Shown: positions 50,600 to 64,000 of the stretch, one piece after another | How the letters are laid out: each line of letters opens with the position of its first letter | How positions within the stretch are numbered: position 1 is the stretch's first letter | NCBI GenBank assembly: GCA_965655095.1 | Contig: OZ296656.1 | Location: 70,990,001-71,054,000, forward strand | Length of the DNA stretch: 64,000 bases | Source of the DNA: Haplodiscus bocki | Taxonomy: Eukaryota | Direction of reading: 5' to 3' | Notes under the pieces: model-generated | Databases searched by the model: none | The model's input: only the letters and a program-made list of their open reading frames with translations | What the model was told of the DNA's origin: nothing | Program-made: the position numbers and the translations under genes

Positions 50600-52490
50600 A
50601 AGAAACCAAAATTAGTCGAGACGTCGAAACGACTTAAATAAATTCTAACTTCACTGGTCAAGGAGCCGAGACAAGCTGCACGCCTGCTTGACAATATAAA
50701 ATGTAACGACAGTCAATTCTTCGCCGATAGTTTTGTATATCAACATACTTGTGTGTTGGATCAATCGATTATGCGAGATACCCACTATATCAGGAAACCC
50801 ATCGAAGAACTGTTCATAACTGAAATCAAAGCCCTGCTAGCAAAAAAGACACTAATCCACATGCTACAAAAACCAACATTGTGGAACAGATGGACCAAGT
50901 GTCAGTTGTTTTCATCGAGTTTATAAACTTCTGACAGTATTATTCCACAAAGCATCTCCTATGGAGCAGGCTCTTATCGAAGAGCGCAACCTACTCTTCG
51001 TCACTCTGCAAATAGAAAACTGGATGAGGAACAAGATTAGAATGTACAAGAAACACTGAATGCCCCAATCTACACAGCGCATAGCGATAGCACAAAAATA
51101 ATTGTTCAGAGTTCTCAGTCAAATTATACAACAGGTTCGAAAAGCAATCAACGCAAGAGCAGACATCATTATCGAAGAGCAGAAACGGTCAACACGAAGA
51201 TTACGTCACAAGTGCTTAACAATCAGTACAACAACCTGTCTATGGCGAAGACTGGAGCCATAGTTGTACGAACGGAAACAAAAGGTAACGAAATTTTGTT
51301 ATCACTCTACATCAGGTGAGCGCGGAAACGACAGTAAAACAATTGCTGGACAAGGTGGTCCTGGTCGTTGAACTCACAGAACGTACACAACTTGCTGATC
51401 AAATAGCCACAAGTAGTCCACCTGATGAGCAAATTGGTATTTTCCACGAAATATGGGTGCCGTCAGAAATCCACTCCTCCACAAAAACAAAGCGCCCATT
51501 TATGCCCAAAATCTATCATCCACTCGCGCTAGCCAAGCAGCTGCTATTCTGTTTGAACGCATCATCCATACCCTACTAGAGCAACGCCACTTTGAGAGTT
51601 GGCTCAAACCGTCGCACTCAGAAAACAAGCTGCATAGGCAATTGATTGTGCCGGGATCAAGTTTCCTAAAAGTCAACTTTAAGCTTCACTAGGATTCACT
51701 TTGTGCGAATCATAGTTTTCGATATGTCAAGAGCTTTCGGCATTCTGCACTCTGGAGTGGGTTGAAATCGTTTCAAGCAACCCGATCATCAGAAATGTCA
51801 TTCTCCAATTCAAACAGAAACGGCGGTTACAATTCGTCATTGTTTAACGTATCTACAAAAAACGCAAAACATTTGCGCAAGACAACACTGCCGTAGCTCC
51901 GGGAGATTCGATAACCGGCATCAACAGTGAAAGATCATCTGTGATCAAAACTTGCGTCCATAATTCAACAAGTTGAAACGACAAGTCTAAATGAATCATC
52001 ATCTGTCACCAAAAGGATCAATTTTATCCAATCAACGAGCTGTCTGGCGTCGAAAACTCAGAATCTTTTGCAATTCGCGGGCTCGACATGAACAACACGA
52101 TGTTGTCTCAAATTTATTGTCACCAGAGCCAGCTCTGCAAATTTCGCAATCAATGGACTCCAGAAGCTAGATTTTGAACCTGGAAAAACATTGCTCAACA
52201 AATCTTGTATCATGTCGCTGCTCGGACTCGGAGCAACTATTTGGCGAGGCACCGGAGCCACACTCTCAAAATATGTTGAAAAAATTCAATGGAAAACAAA
52301 GCGCCATGATTTCATACAGGATTACTTACCAAATTCGGAGAATAAAAATTTGTTGCAAAGTAGGATACAAGCTTTTACGAAACAATGCTGGAAAACACGG
52401 GAATGGACCCAATTTACCACTGTCAACCAAAAGGAAAAGAAAACGTTTTTGCCAATCTGTGAAATCACTAAACCGTACCAGAATTACTAG
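50600..52490 (+). pseudogene. Degenerate LINE reverse transcriptase (CR1/L2-like)
   Basis: HRQLIVP..FLKV, IVFDMSRAFGILH, LNKSCIMSLLGLGATIW..EKIQ in RT order. Boundaries approximate. Confidence 0.65.
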
Positions 52491-52578
52491 GCATTGAACG
52501 ATTTTCCTCCCCAATTCCAACCAGAGGTCTCTGAATGTTCAACTATTACTACAGACTATGAGGATTAATCTGAATGAT

Positions 52579-52904
52579 GGCCACAGTTTGAAAAAAACCA
52601 CGCACTTTTTCATGAGGCTGGTCTTTTAAATATTTATGCTTTCCGCTCATCCTCTTGGGACATTGTGGGAAAACGCAACAAACCAGAAAAAAAGTAGATT
52701 TTCCTTCCAACAGAATAAAATCTAACAGAAAACACGAAAATCTTTATTTAAGTTTATGCATATCTAAAAATGTAGGTACAAAAACGCAGACGTGAGTTTT
52801 TGATTAGGTTTGTAAAGTTTTTCTACAATGCGCCAAGAGGATGAGCGGAACTGAAGAACCAACACAACAGAAACAGAGCACGCTTTGTTTTCAACAGAAT
52901 GGCC
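52579..52904. mobile_element. Foldback MITE
   Basis: Inverted arms TTCCGCTCATCCTCTTGG.. (52641) / ..CCAAGAGGATGAGCGGAA (52850); outer GGCCA..TGGCC. Confidence 0.75.
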
Positions 52905-53419
52905 ACTACTGATTTTCTATTAATGCATGTTTATGCAACGATTTTCTTTACTTTTTCGACTCCCATAGTAGTGGTCTTTTCAATGGCAAAAATCAGGTTT
53001 GCAGCACGAATGTTTGGCGTGTTTGGGGCGTTTATGTTGCAATTCAATCCAAATCCCCGCTGTTTTTGGTTTTTGAGTTTGCTATACGAAGAAACCTAGA
53101 TCAATCTGTGCAAAAGAAAAGATTTCATGAAAGAAGAACTTCAAACAAGATTGCTTGTTCATGATGTTTGGAAGATTTGGAAGGATGAGTTGGCTTCTGA
53201 AGTTTTTTCAAATTACTCGGTTAAAGTGTATTATAGTAAAAGAAAGGCGACAGCTGAAACTTCTGCTGGTTATTTTTTCATATTGAAGCCAACTCAAACA
53301 ATAAATTTTGTGATTTATACAAGAGATATCTAGGTATAAATGCTTAATACGGACGCATGAAATCAAACTCGCCCTTAGCTACGCTTTACAAACGATTGTT
53401 TCAAAAAAATTCTCCTCCT

Positions 53420-55100
53420 TAGAAAAACGAGTCATCATCAAGTGCAAATATGACGATGTGTCGTGTTTGCATTATTAGCATACGAGAAAAACTTTGGAGA
53501 CAGAAAAAACTAAAGTCCATTTAAGTTTTGTGGATGAAAAAAATGTGAATTCTGTAAATATGTTTACAACACAACGAACCTTGAAGAATATATTAGATCA
53601 GATTTTTGTTTTATAAGGCCGTTAACAACATGCTGTTTTCGTAAAATAAGTTGAGACATAAAAAAAACTATAACAAATCAACTAAACATTGAAACAACAC
53701 AATTCAATGTCAGACATCAGTAAGTTTAAGTTTTTGTGATGTTGGTTAAGTTTTTTTAGAAGTAAGATTTCTACCTATAATTAAACACAATCGCCTCAAA
53801 CACAATCGAAAGAAAGTAGAAAACTAACGGTAACTTCGATTTATATACTGAGTGCAAGACCCTGGGGAAAAATCAGAATAGCCAAAGATAAAAAATCCTT
53901 TCAAAATTTCCATTAAAGTTTACAAAGTAGCCAAAACAAAACAGTCACATGATTTTTATTATGCTTTCGCTGAAGTACGAGCTGCCAAAAAGGAGAGAAC
54001 TTTTATTAAAAGCGACATGAACCAATCAGTTTTTAAAAAGTCCACAAGTTGTCTACTGCAAAAAAAAACAAACTAAGCTCAGCTTCCAAAAACTTTTATG
54101 CAATATTTGTCGAAAGGGAATAGATACTACTTCGGACAAACGAATAATAATAATAGATGATGTCTTTCTAAAATTAAAACTCAAGCAAACACTTGCATGA
54201 GAAAACGTAGATGAGATAATTATCGAAAGAGAATAAACTCCAGCTGTTGAGAAAATGGAAAAAATGGATCAAAATGGGTATACGCCTGAATTGGTAGTAT
54301 GCGTATTTGACCATCATAAAGAAGTAACCAAAACTATTAGCCGTTTTTTTCAGCTTCCCACATATTATTTGTCCATTTTGACTATTCTAAACAAACACGC
54401 TAAGTTATGGGGATTTTGGTGGGTTACAGCGCTTTTACATTGTGCGAAGGTAATATAAATTAGAAGAAAAGTTTTAAAAGATTTCATTGAAATTTTAACA
54501 ACTGATATAACATCAGAAAACAGAATATTGGTAAAAAATAACCCAGTCCAGAAAAGTTAAAAAATTCAACAAAAATTTTTTCGAATTAGAAGAGAAACGA
54601 ACTTGTCCTCTTGCGTTTCTACCGTTGAATTATGCAAAAAAAAATCCAAAAACAAGACAACGGTAATAGGTTTAATATTTTGTGGGAATCAACTTTGCTC
54701 GACAAAAAAACTACACAACTACATAGTACCTAGTCATTGTGCTAACTTTTGAATAACCTGTTTAACTACTAAATCAGCTGATTGCCGACTAAAAACTCGC
54801 GAAACTTTGGTAAGATCGCGAGTGAAGTTGAATGAAACTTCTAAAAGAAACTTCCATGAAATTCAGAATAAATCATTAATAAGTACTTTCATATTCAATT
54901 GCGTGTGCGGAGTGAGTGCATATTTTGGAGCAACAAATAGAAAAGAACAACTTTAAAGGAAGAAAAACAAAAACACATCTGAACAAGACACTGTTAATTT
55001 TGTTTCTTAAAAAAAGGTGAATCAGGCACGCCATCGATTTTTGAGAGCTTTGATAACAACTGTGTAAGGTATCTTGAAAAGAAGATTAATTTCTTACACG
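53420..55100 (+). repeat. Old diverged duplicate of 58560-60840 (decayed Cys-rich ORFs)
   Basis: Collinear anchors, e.g. TGGTAGTATGCGTATTTGACCA (54292/60033), CTACATAGTACCTA (54719/60466), TTGAGAGCTTTGATAA (55041/60784). Confidence 0.8.
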
Positions 55101-55439
55101 AATTTATTCATAAATTTATCGAGAATAGAAACGAAAGCTACTGAAAGAATCTATTAACAGACATCGAAAGTGAAGAATTTTCTACAAATTTAAAAGGAGC
55201 GTTACAGATCAGTAATATGTTGCTTGAATCAATAGAACTATACAAAAACTAAATTTAAGAACCAACAGGAATCTTACAATGCTTTTTGAAATTCAGATAG
55301 GATATTGAAAACGGATGCTCTATGAAATTACAAAAAGATTGCATTGGGTAATGCGGCTATGGTCCTTTCTATGGTTTCTTTTTACCTAAGTAATTTCAAG
55401 AATGTTATAAGCAGTGTCTGTTCTTTTTTATAGGGACAT

Positions 55440-56400
55440 CTGAAGTTGGGGTGAGTCCATGGTGGTGAAAACTTCTAGCAATCTGTGTGACCGCAGTTCG
55501 CATGATTCACCGTAAAAGTAGTCCTGACAAGCAGATATAATGCTTAGGTGGGGTTCTTCTGAACTTTTTTTCTTCCTCTAATTTTCCTTTCAATTCGGCT
55601 GAACTGCCTGTTTTAAACAGTTCGTTTCGAGAAATTCATTCGTTTTGTTCGCAAGAAGGAAGAAACAAAATTTTGGTCAACTAGGCTGAAACTGCACTGC
55701 AGCAGCATCAAAAAAACTTCAATCAGATTGGTTGTAAAAGCAGATCGCGACGCAGACACATTTGGAGAACTAATAAGTGTCTTCATTTTTTGACACTTCA
55801 GTAATAGCTCATTCCAAAAAACTTTTCAAATGTAAAATCTAAGCTATAAAACATGAGGTTGAGTTTGGAAAACCAGACGTTCTTGTTCACGCTTGAAAAA
55901 AGGAAATACTGAATGAATTAATGCCATATGGCACATTCTGATTGAAAGGAAAAATGTCTATTGGAAACGAGGTGATGCATAGAGTTTTTGTCTTGCCCGA
56001 AACAAGCTTTCCATGACAACATCAAAGACTCTAGACATCTACTTTCAATAATCGAAAACGGGATTTTCATGAAACATCATGGAAGGCACTGGTTTAATTT
56101 AGAGCTCTGTAATTTCAAGTCTTTTGAAACGTGTCGTCAAAATCACCAACAACTTTGTGAAAAGTTTTGTTCTACATAGTGTTTTGATTCTGAGACAAAA
56201 TTGGTTGTTTAATGGGTGTTCCCGAAACATATTATGTTTGAACATTTCGACCCCTGAAACTGTTTGATATTAGAAAGCAAGACATCAAAATTGGCACCCC
56301 CCAATGTCAAGTTACTGAGACGACTTCTTTAGGTTCATCTTATGAATGTTGTTTACATTTTATTTCTTGACTTTTGAACGATTCTTTTTGTTGTTTCTGC
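55440..56400 (-). pseudogene. Possible BEL/Pao gag remnant
   Basis: Frameshifted YICLSG..CGHTDC..HH resembles the BEL/Pao zinc-knuckle array; weak. Confidence 0.3.
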
Positions 56401-56476
56401 TAAGAGCCAGTAGCGTTAATGATTGACTAGAAGACAGAGAAGATGAGAACTAAATTATTTTTCACAGAAGGGTATA

Positions 56477-56819
56477 GGCCACATTTTGAAAACAATTCAA
56501 GATTCTTTCTGCGAGACTAGTCCCTTAGTCATTTAGGCTTTCCTGCCTATCAGCCGGCGGCATTGTGGAGAAGCCTAACAAACTCAATAAATCTTTTACA
56601 TTTACATTCTGACACAAAAAAATCCAACAAAATGATTAAACATATATCCTAACAACTCTTTTTTATATAAAATTATAAGTAAAAAAGTCTTGAAGTTAAA
56701 TTTTTTATAGAGTTTTTCATAGTTCTCCACACTGCCGCGGGGTGATAGTGAAGATTGCGTCAACAACTAATGGACCAATTCCACGAAAAAAAAACGTGAT
56801 TTGTTTTCCAAAAATGGCC
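56477..56819. mobile_element. Foldback MITE related to 52579-52904
   Basis: CTATCAGCCGGCGGCATTGTGGAGAA / TTCTCCACACTGCCGCGGGGTGATAG inverted pair; outer arms GGCCA..GAAAACAA / TTGTTTTC..TGGCC. Confidence 0.75.
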
Positions 56820-58915
56820 ACTGTCGGTAATATAAAAATGCACAATTATACATTTATTACTCCTAAAATTTCGCATCCTCGAGTGTGTTGCTAGCGTCAG
56901 TGGCAAAAATTAGGGCTGTGGCTAGAGTGTTTGGGTTCCCTTCTAAACAACATGCGCCATTCTTTGGCGTTAACGCATGCTATAGGAGAAAGTCTGAGTC
57001 AATCAGTCGAAAAAAAAATTGACGAGTGGGGAAATTCAACAGGAATGCTTGCTCATGAAGCTCGAAAGGGGTGAAATTATGAGTTGGCCACTGAAAAATT
57101 TCTTTAATATTTGAATAAATTGCTTTATAGTAAATGACGGCAAGAGCCAACAAATGTGCTGGTCATTTTTTCAGTTTGATTAAAGCGAAATCAAAAAGTA
57201 ACTTTTTATCATATATTGAATATACATAAAGTTAGAACTGCTTTATACAGACAAATATAATCAAACAAACACTCAACCGCGTTGCAAAGACTGTTTCGTA
57301 TGAAAATCTCCCCAATGATTGAACGAGACGTCAACAAGTGCAAATGTGAGGATATGTGATGTGTGCAATAAAAGTATACAAGAAAAAGATTTTGAGAAAC
57401 ACACAAACTCTGACAGCCATTTATATATTGCGGATGAAAAAGTAAAATCTCAAATCTTTTAATCTGTTTACGAAGCCAATGATGAACAATATTATCCCTT
57501 TCAGTCCATTGAGTGTAATCATTTTTTAACAGAATTTGGTTTTTGTGATTTAAATACCAATGACTCCGGGTCCAAAAATGCTTCAAAATCCGAAAAACAC
57601 AAGTTGAAACAGGGGAAAAACCAAATGCGACGTCTGTAGGATTTTTATTTCCCTGGTGGTTATGCAGAGGATAAAACTGAAGAAAGTCAAGATGCAGAGA
57701 TATTTTGTAGATGATCGGTGTTTGCTATATAACAAAACAAACTAAATAAACCTTCAGTGCTATTTGCTGACGTACGTGGAGGAGACAAAAAGTCCTTATA
57801 GTTTTTTAAGCTATGCTATTATTGCAGGAACTTGTTATCGTACAAAAACGTATACCTTGATGCTCTAGCGTTGATGAGGCTTCTGTTGTTGTGGAACTTT
57901 TTATAGACCCAAGTTTTTTATGGGTAACATCGCTTTTTGAAAACGATCCGTTTTTTGGACAGATAATCATCTTACTAACAAAAAGTTGACGAATTTACTG
58001 AAAAAACCTAGACAACCTTTGTTCAAAATGAAAAAAAAGTTTGACATCATCGAATGTGAAGGTGATTCTGGAAAATATATCCCTTTTCCAACTCTGACAA
58101 TATTGGAAAAGAATGATGTTTAGCAAATACATTTTGATTTGAGAAAAAATTCGGTCAGTTGGATTACAGTCAAATAAGAAGTAGGAGTAAGATTATTAAC
58201 ATTTTATTCAGGAACCTATACAAACGCTCCCCTTTTGTTAAACAAATCATATTTTATTGGCAATTGCTAATCAAAAAGGCCTTCTTAACAAAAGTTTTAA
58301 AAAATCAAAATTTTGGACGGGTGACTCCTAGAAACACGGGAGACCGGAGACCCACCTTCCCTTTGGTGTCTCATAAAAAAGAAGAGGGCGACAGTTGAAT
58401 TTTTTTCTGGTGATTTTTTTAGGTTTAAGCTCGGTCAAACATTAGATTTTGAGATTTATGCAAATGATATTCAAAACGAAATGCCTATTACAGTCACTTG
58501 AAGTCAATAAAACACCTCGCTAATCTCTACAAAGAATGTTCCGAATAGAATTCTCCACAAAAAAAACGAGTCTTCATCAACTGCAAAAGTCAAGATGTAT
58601 GATATGTGCAATCATAGCATACAAGAAAAACAATTTCGGAGACACCAAAAGAATGAGGCCTATTGGAATTTTGCGGGAAAATAGTAAAGTGTAAAATCTG
58701 TAAATCTGTTTTTACCCAGTCAATAATTATTAACTTAACAGATCTGAACTTTGTATCAGTCGGCAGAAATTAAAAAGTTACGATTGTAAGATGAAGTAGG
58801 AGATTTACAAAAACATTACAGCTCAAACTAGAAAATGGCACTCGGAGAGCGCAGATCCCGCGAAAGCCCTTGATCTTTCCCTCGCCAAACAAACAAACAG
58901 ACAAACAAAAAATTT

Positions 58916-58989
58916 TGGCCACACCGAGGTTCGAACTCTCGACCCTCCCGGTTTTAGCACAATGCTCTTACCGACTGAGCTATGGGGCC
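58916..58989 (-). pseudogene. tRNA-Ile(AAT)-derived pseudogene, copy 1
   Basis: GGCCCCATAGCTCAGTCGGTAAGAGC..GTTCGAAC..GGCCA; A and B boxes present, T- and anticodon stems mispaired. Confidence 0.75.
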
Positions 58990-59057
58990 GTACTTATGTG
59001 ATTACTATTATCAGATTACTATTATCAGATTACTATTGTCAGATTAACAAAAAATTT

Positions 59058-59131
59058 TGGCCACACAGAGGTTCGAACACTCGACCCTCGCGTTTTTAGC
59101 ACAATGCTCTTACCGACTGAGCTATAGGGCC
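59058..59131 (-). pseudogene. tRNA-Ile(AAT)-derived pseudogene, copy 2
   Basis: 142-bp tandem partner of copy 1; loop CTAAAAA; each copy abuts (GATTACTATTATCA)x~3. Confidence 0.75.
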
Positions 59132-60899
59132 GTACTGCTCTGATTACTCTTATCAGATTAGTATTATCAGATTACTATTATCCAGGATCTGATTGAAATC
59201 CTGATCCAAAAATCCGACCAGTAGTTCATGAGAAACAGTTATCCGGATCTCAGATCCGGATTTCAATTCGGATCACGCCCAACTTTGAACTCCGTCTTCC
59301 TATGATCATTACCTCCCTACTCACCAAATTTCGTCAAAATCCGACCAGTAGTTTATGAGAAATCCTGCTAACAAACAAACAAACAAACAGACAAACAGAC
59401 ACACGAAGGTGATTGCAATATCCCGCTTTTCGCAGGATAAAAAGCATAAAAGTAAATCAACGAAAATTCAAAACCATTATTTTATACTAGTTGTGAAATG
59501 GATTATTTTATTTTCACAAGTAGAATTGGTACCTATGAACCATTAAACTCACATCGAAAGGAAGTAGAAGACCAACGGTAAATTCAAATTTATACTTTGA
59601 GTGTAAGGTCCTAGAAAAAAATAAAGTGTCCAAAGATAAGAAATCATTCAGTTTTACCGATAAAGAAAACAAAACAACCAAGACAACATCCTCACTTGTT
59701 ATACCTCCGTTGAATTAAAAACTGTCAGAAGGAAAGATTAACCAATAAAAGCGACATCAATCAACCGGTTAATGTAAATTGTTCTAAATAACCTACTCCA
59801 AATAAACAATATACATTCAAATTTCAATTACTTCTTTCTGCTATACTTGTTACCAAAATTTTTGATCCTACTTCTGACAAACAAACTTTCATGATAGACG
59901 ATGGTTTTGAAAATATTAAACTCAATTAAACAACTGCATGGAAAAACTTAGATGATATAGGTACTGAACTAGAACACAGTCAAGCTCATGAAAACCAGGA
60001 AAAAAATGATCACAATTGGTAACTGACCGAAGTGGTAGTATGCGTATTTGACCACCGTAAGGATGTGGCCAAAGTTAGTAGAACTTATGTTGAAGTACCT
60101 ATAAAGTTTTCGTGCGTTTTCACTATTCTAAACAAACAAAGTAGGATATGTGGAAATCAATGTATTACAGCGCAGCTACATCGTACAAAAACTATTTCCA
60201 TGTAAAAGAAAAAGATATGAAAAAGGTTTTAGTCAAATAATAACAACTGGTATAACTTTCGAAAACGGATTGTTGGTTGAAGAAATCCCAAATTTAGAAG
60301 AATTAAATATTATAACAAGGAATCTTTTCGATATAGATGAGAAAACACTTGTCCTCTTGTGTGTGTACTGCTGAGTTTTACAAGGAAACTACCCAAAAAC
60401 GAGACAACAGTAATAGGATTAAAGTTTTGTAGAAATCAACTTCATTTGTTGAAAAAACTGCCTACCTACATAGTACCTAAATATTGCGCTAAAATGTGTA
60501 TAAATTGTTCAACTCCTCAACCAACTGATATTAGTCCAAAAAATACCAAAAATTATTCAGGAGCATGAACCATGTAAATTGTTTTTTCCAATGAAAGCTC
60601 CCGTATATCTCAAACACAAAACTTTTCGGAAAAATTTTTCATATGCACTGTTGTTTGCAGGTTATGAGGCAACTAATCGAAAAAAGTAAACTTTCAAAGG
60701 AAGAGGAACAAGAAACAATTCTGAACAACTCTTTGTTAAAATTAAATTTTACTCGATGATTGAAATAGGCGCACCATCTAAATTTGAGAGCTTTGATAAA
60801 AACTGTGTGAATTAACTTAAAAAAGGTTTAAATTTCTCCTGTTTTAATGCACAATATTATTCAAGGTTGATAAAAAGATTGCTGCTGAATAATGCAAAA

Positions 60900-63097
60900 C
60901 CAAATAAGTTTGACAAAACTTGAAATACACTAAAGACCATTAGGCTTAAGACTACCCATTTTACGGAGAAGAGGAAGCCACATGTGCAAAAAATTAAAGA
61001 TCTTTGTCATTTAACAGGAAAACAACGTGGAGCAGCACATACTCATCATAATTCAAATGCAAAACCAAGATATTCATCAACTATATTGGTAGTTTTGCAT
61101 AACATGACTATATATGATCAATTTTTGTAATTATAAGGTTTACTGACCCAAAGAGAGGCTTCGGTCCTTTTTCAAAACGTCACAAAGACTAGGGAAAATT
61201 TTTATGCACAACATTTGGACAATGAATACTTTCTGAATCTTTAAATTCTCAGAAAATGCCGCCTAATACAATTATTAAACGCTTGTTAAAGTCAAAAAGC
61301 CCCTATTGGGAACTGACGTCGAAGCCGACACACCCTTACGGGGCAATGTCATTCACACCAAAAAAATGGAGAAATTTAGGAGCTGTATATTGAAAAACTA
61401 GCTTTTCTTTGGATTGAATAGCCAAAAGTGAACAGCTCAAAAAACTTAGTGTTTACTCAAAACCATTGACAGACACCAAAATGGAAAAGATTCTCTAAAT
61501 TTAACAGGAGAGTTGCCAAATCAGAAAGAAGTTGCTGGAACCGTTAAGGGTATGCGAGAATCAAATTTGAAAACCGGCAAGGATCTTCCAATGCTTCTAT
61601 GAAAATCAGATTAGTTTTCAATAACGACGCAAAAAAAAGATTGTATTGAGAAACACGGTTTAGGTCTTTTCAATGGAAACTCTGTACCTGAGTACACCTA
61701 CGCAGAAAGTTTTTATGCAAGTAAAAAAGTAATCCAAAATCTCAGCAATCAAGAAATATTTCTTTTAGAATGGAGTGAATTACGAAATGGCAAATCTGGC
61801 GCGCTCGAACCGAGACATTTCAAAAGCGATAATACGGAAAATGCAGCATGGTGATGCTAACAAGTTCTGTGGAATATTCATCACACAGCCTTTACCATAT
61901 TCGGACATTGAATTTGATGGGACTACAAGTTTGAAAACTTTACTTGAAAGATGAAATGATGTTTGAATTGGTTATTTTTTAGGGATAGCTTTGAAACATG
62001 CTGGGAAAAGAACAAAAAAAGAAAAATTTTCCAAATTTGTCGGAGTCTTCAAAGAAGGTGTTTTTTTCAGCGACTTTGGGAAACACAACAAGGCTCAAGT
62101 TTGCGGACCCGTGAAAATACTAGTTTTGCTCTGATGGGTCATATAAAGAAGACTACCTTTGTCGTTAGAGACAACTAAATAACTTGATCAGAAGGAGTAT
62201 GTAAGCTACAAAGCTGAAAAGAAATATTTGAAAAAATCAAAAACGATGCATGGAAAAATAAATGAAAGAAATTAACGAAACAGTAGCTAAAACAAGTGTT
62301 TATTTTGGAAAGTTTTCAACGAAAAAAAAACATGTAAACTATATTGAATGGGAAAAGAAGGGAAGATGTGAAAAGAAACAAGGAGAGCTTGCAGCTGATT
62401 ATGAAAAATGTATCAAAAACAGTCTTACCTTAGCTTTCGCGGGTTGAAAGTAAACGATACTAAATCCAAAGACACATTTAATTGTTTTCAAATACTTTGA
62501 AAACAAAGAAACTTTGATATATCAAAAGATATAGGACTTGCAGTGTTAGATTCATCGAAAAACTCTCTTAAAGTTTTTACGATGTAATAGAAACAAAATC
62601 TGGAGAAACTAACATTAAATGGCATTATATGCCCAAAGATTATTTTTTTAAGAGCTAAAAAGTGAAAACAGGATCACCAATTGGTGATTTGAGTAAAATA
62701 AGGGAAAAAAATTGCAAAGTTTTTCCAAAACTTATAGATATCTTCAAAAGTTACCCAAAGATACTAGGAATATATTTGGTAGCCTCAAAAATGAAATCCC
62801 ACAGCAATAACCATATATGAATTCTGTGCATTAAAAGCAAAAAGACATGCACACAAAACGAAGTTGACAAGGAAAAAATTCGAGGGAATCCGTAAAGCAA
62901 CTATTGAAAACGAAAGGTTTGATGTTTATATTCACTGCTTAAATAAAGGTCTTACCGGTGATGAAAAAAAAATTGGAACAATTACCTTATTGAATAGAAC
63001 AATGGATGAGAATACAAAATTTCACAAAAACGCTTCGTCTGAGTTTGATGATACAAGAAGCTTTAAATATGCAATTGGATGCGAACCGTGGAAGTAA
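60900..63097 (+). pseudogene. Polinton/Maverick protein-primed DNA polymerase B, degenerate
   Basis: KDLCHLTGKQRGAAH..VLHNMTIYD, LRNGKSG, HYMPKDY (relic of YMDTDS), KFEGI..EFDDTR..EPW. Confidence 0.88.
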
Positions 63098-63149
63098 CAA
63101 TGATAAATGAGCTCGAGGAAAAAAAACCTATGGCCCAAGGAAACGTCGT

Positions 63150-63950
63150 TGCCCCTAAAATATACTCTGAAGGCAATGTCACGATTGTATAAAATGATAT
63201 TCATGCTAATCCTTCCAAAAAACGTGTTACTACCCAAAGTGATGCATTTTACATAGATGATACATGTAGTACGGATTTATTAGAACTGAATTATTACGGT
63301 CCAAAAAAGTGCAGGCTATAGATATCTTTGAGTAGTAATCGATAACCTTGGTAAAGTTCGATAGACAGTGCCATTGAAAAAAAAAGCGCACAAACAAAAA
63401 AGTTTCCTTAAAAATTATACATCAGCAAACAGAAAACCAAAATGTTTTGAGACTGCTGATGGAAAACAGTTTGTGAACAAAATGTTGACTAATTTTTTGG
63501 AATTAAAAAAAATAGATTCGCTATTTATCAAAAAGGGCAGTGTTTGCTGAAAAAATTAATAGAACTATCAGAAATTTTTTGAAAAAGCCTGCATTTGAAG
63601 AAGATAATGCTTCATGCATAGATGAAAAAACTTCAGTGCTAGGGAAAGACGACAGCACAAAAACATCAAGCAAGTTATTACCAATCCAATCAACTTTGAA
63701 ACAGAATGATGAAAAAGTGTACAAAAAATTATGAGAAGATTGAAAGAAACGAAAACCTTAACTTAAGACAGAACGTTTATCAAGGACTGCAGACAAATTA
63801 CACAATTTTTCTACAGATTATTCTGCAACTTGGAGTTACGACTTAAGTAGAAATCAATAATGATACAACACCATGTCATCATAAAAATGAAGTGCCCTGG
63901 AGACATATGGAAGGATTGTTGAAGAGATGAGAACTAATGAAAAAACAAAT
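63150..63950 (+). pseudogene. Polinton retroviral-type (rve) integrase, degenerate
   Basis: IDDTCSTDL, VVIDNLGK..VPLKKK, RKPKCFETADGKQF, FAEKINRTIR, WSY. Confidence 0.9.
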
Positions 63951-64000
63951 GAAAAACAAGTAAAACAATTAGGTTGGCAGAACAATCCGAAGACTGGCAT

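Larger units (their letters stand above)
58826..59442 (+). mobile_element. HINE-type element with (CAAA)n and two tRNA-derived units
   Basis: Start ACTAGAAAATGGCACTCGGAGAGCGCAGATCCCGCGAAAGC; end palindrome ATCCCGCTTTTCGCAGGAT complementary to the 5' subterminal repeat; interrupts the 58560-60840 duplicate. Confidence 0.75.

Noticed and set aside
58916-59131. Functional tRNA-Phe(AAA) or tRNA-Ile genes
   Set aside because: T-stem and acceptor-stem mismatches, and both copies are embedded in a mobile element.
39500-63950. One giant Polinton spanning ATPase to integrase and capturing ICMT
   Set aside because: No terminal inverted repeats were seen, and ICMT is intact while the viral genes are heavily decayed; separate insertions are the simpler explanation.

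Overview
AT-rich, repeat-dense animal genomic DNA with spliceosomal introns; no prokaryotic features. Three host genes lie on the minus strand: ICMT (single coding exon, 46803-47663), LEO1 (PAF1 complex, five coding blocks, 23800-34850) and the first two coding exons of RBM8A/Y14 (17285-18109; its 3' exons were not found here). The rest is mostly decayed mobile DNA: a Helitron whose 5' portion is tandemly repeated four times (3.8-14.4 kb), LINE remnants, a Penelope element with a probable hammerhead relic, Polinton/adintovirus-like modules (ATPase, PLA2-like, pPolB, integrase), DINE-1/HINE-like elements and MITEs. The main observation is that the LEO1 N-terminal coding sequence is split by a 3263-bp element with CAGTGATGA terminal inverted repeats and a perfect 8-bp target-site duplication. 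Precise removal restores the frame, but there is no canonical splice route for that removal. Separately, all four fully resolved host introns have AG|GT-containing 5-7 bp direct repeats at both junctions. Protein identifications are by motif recognition only; no searches were run.
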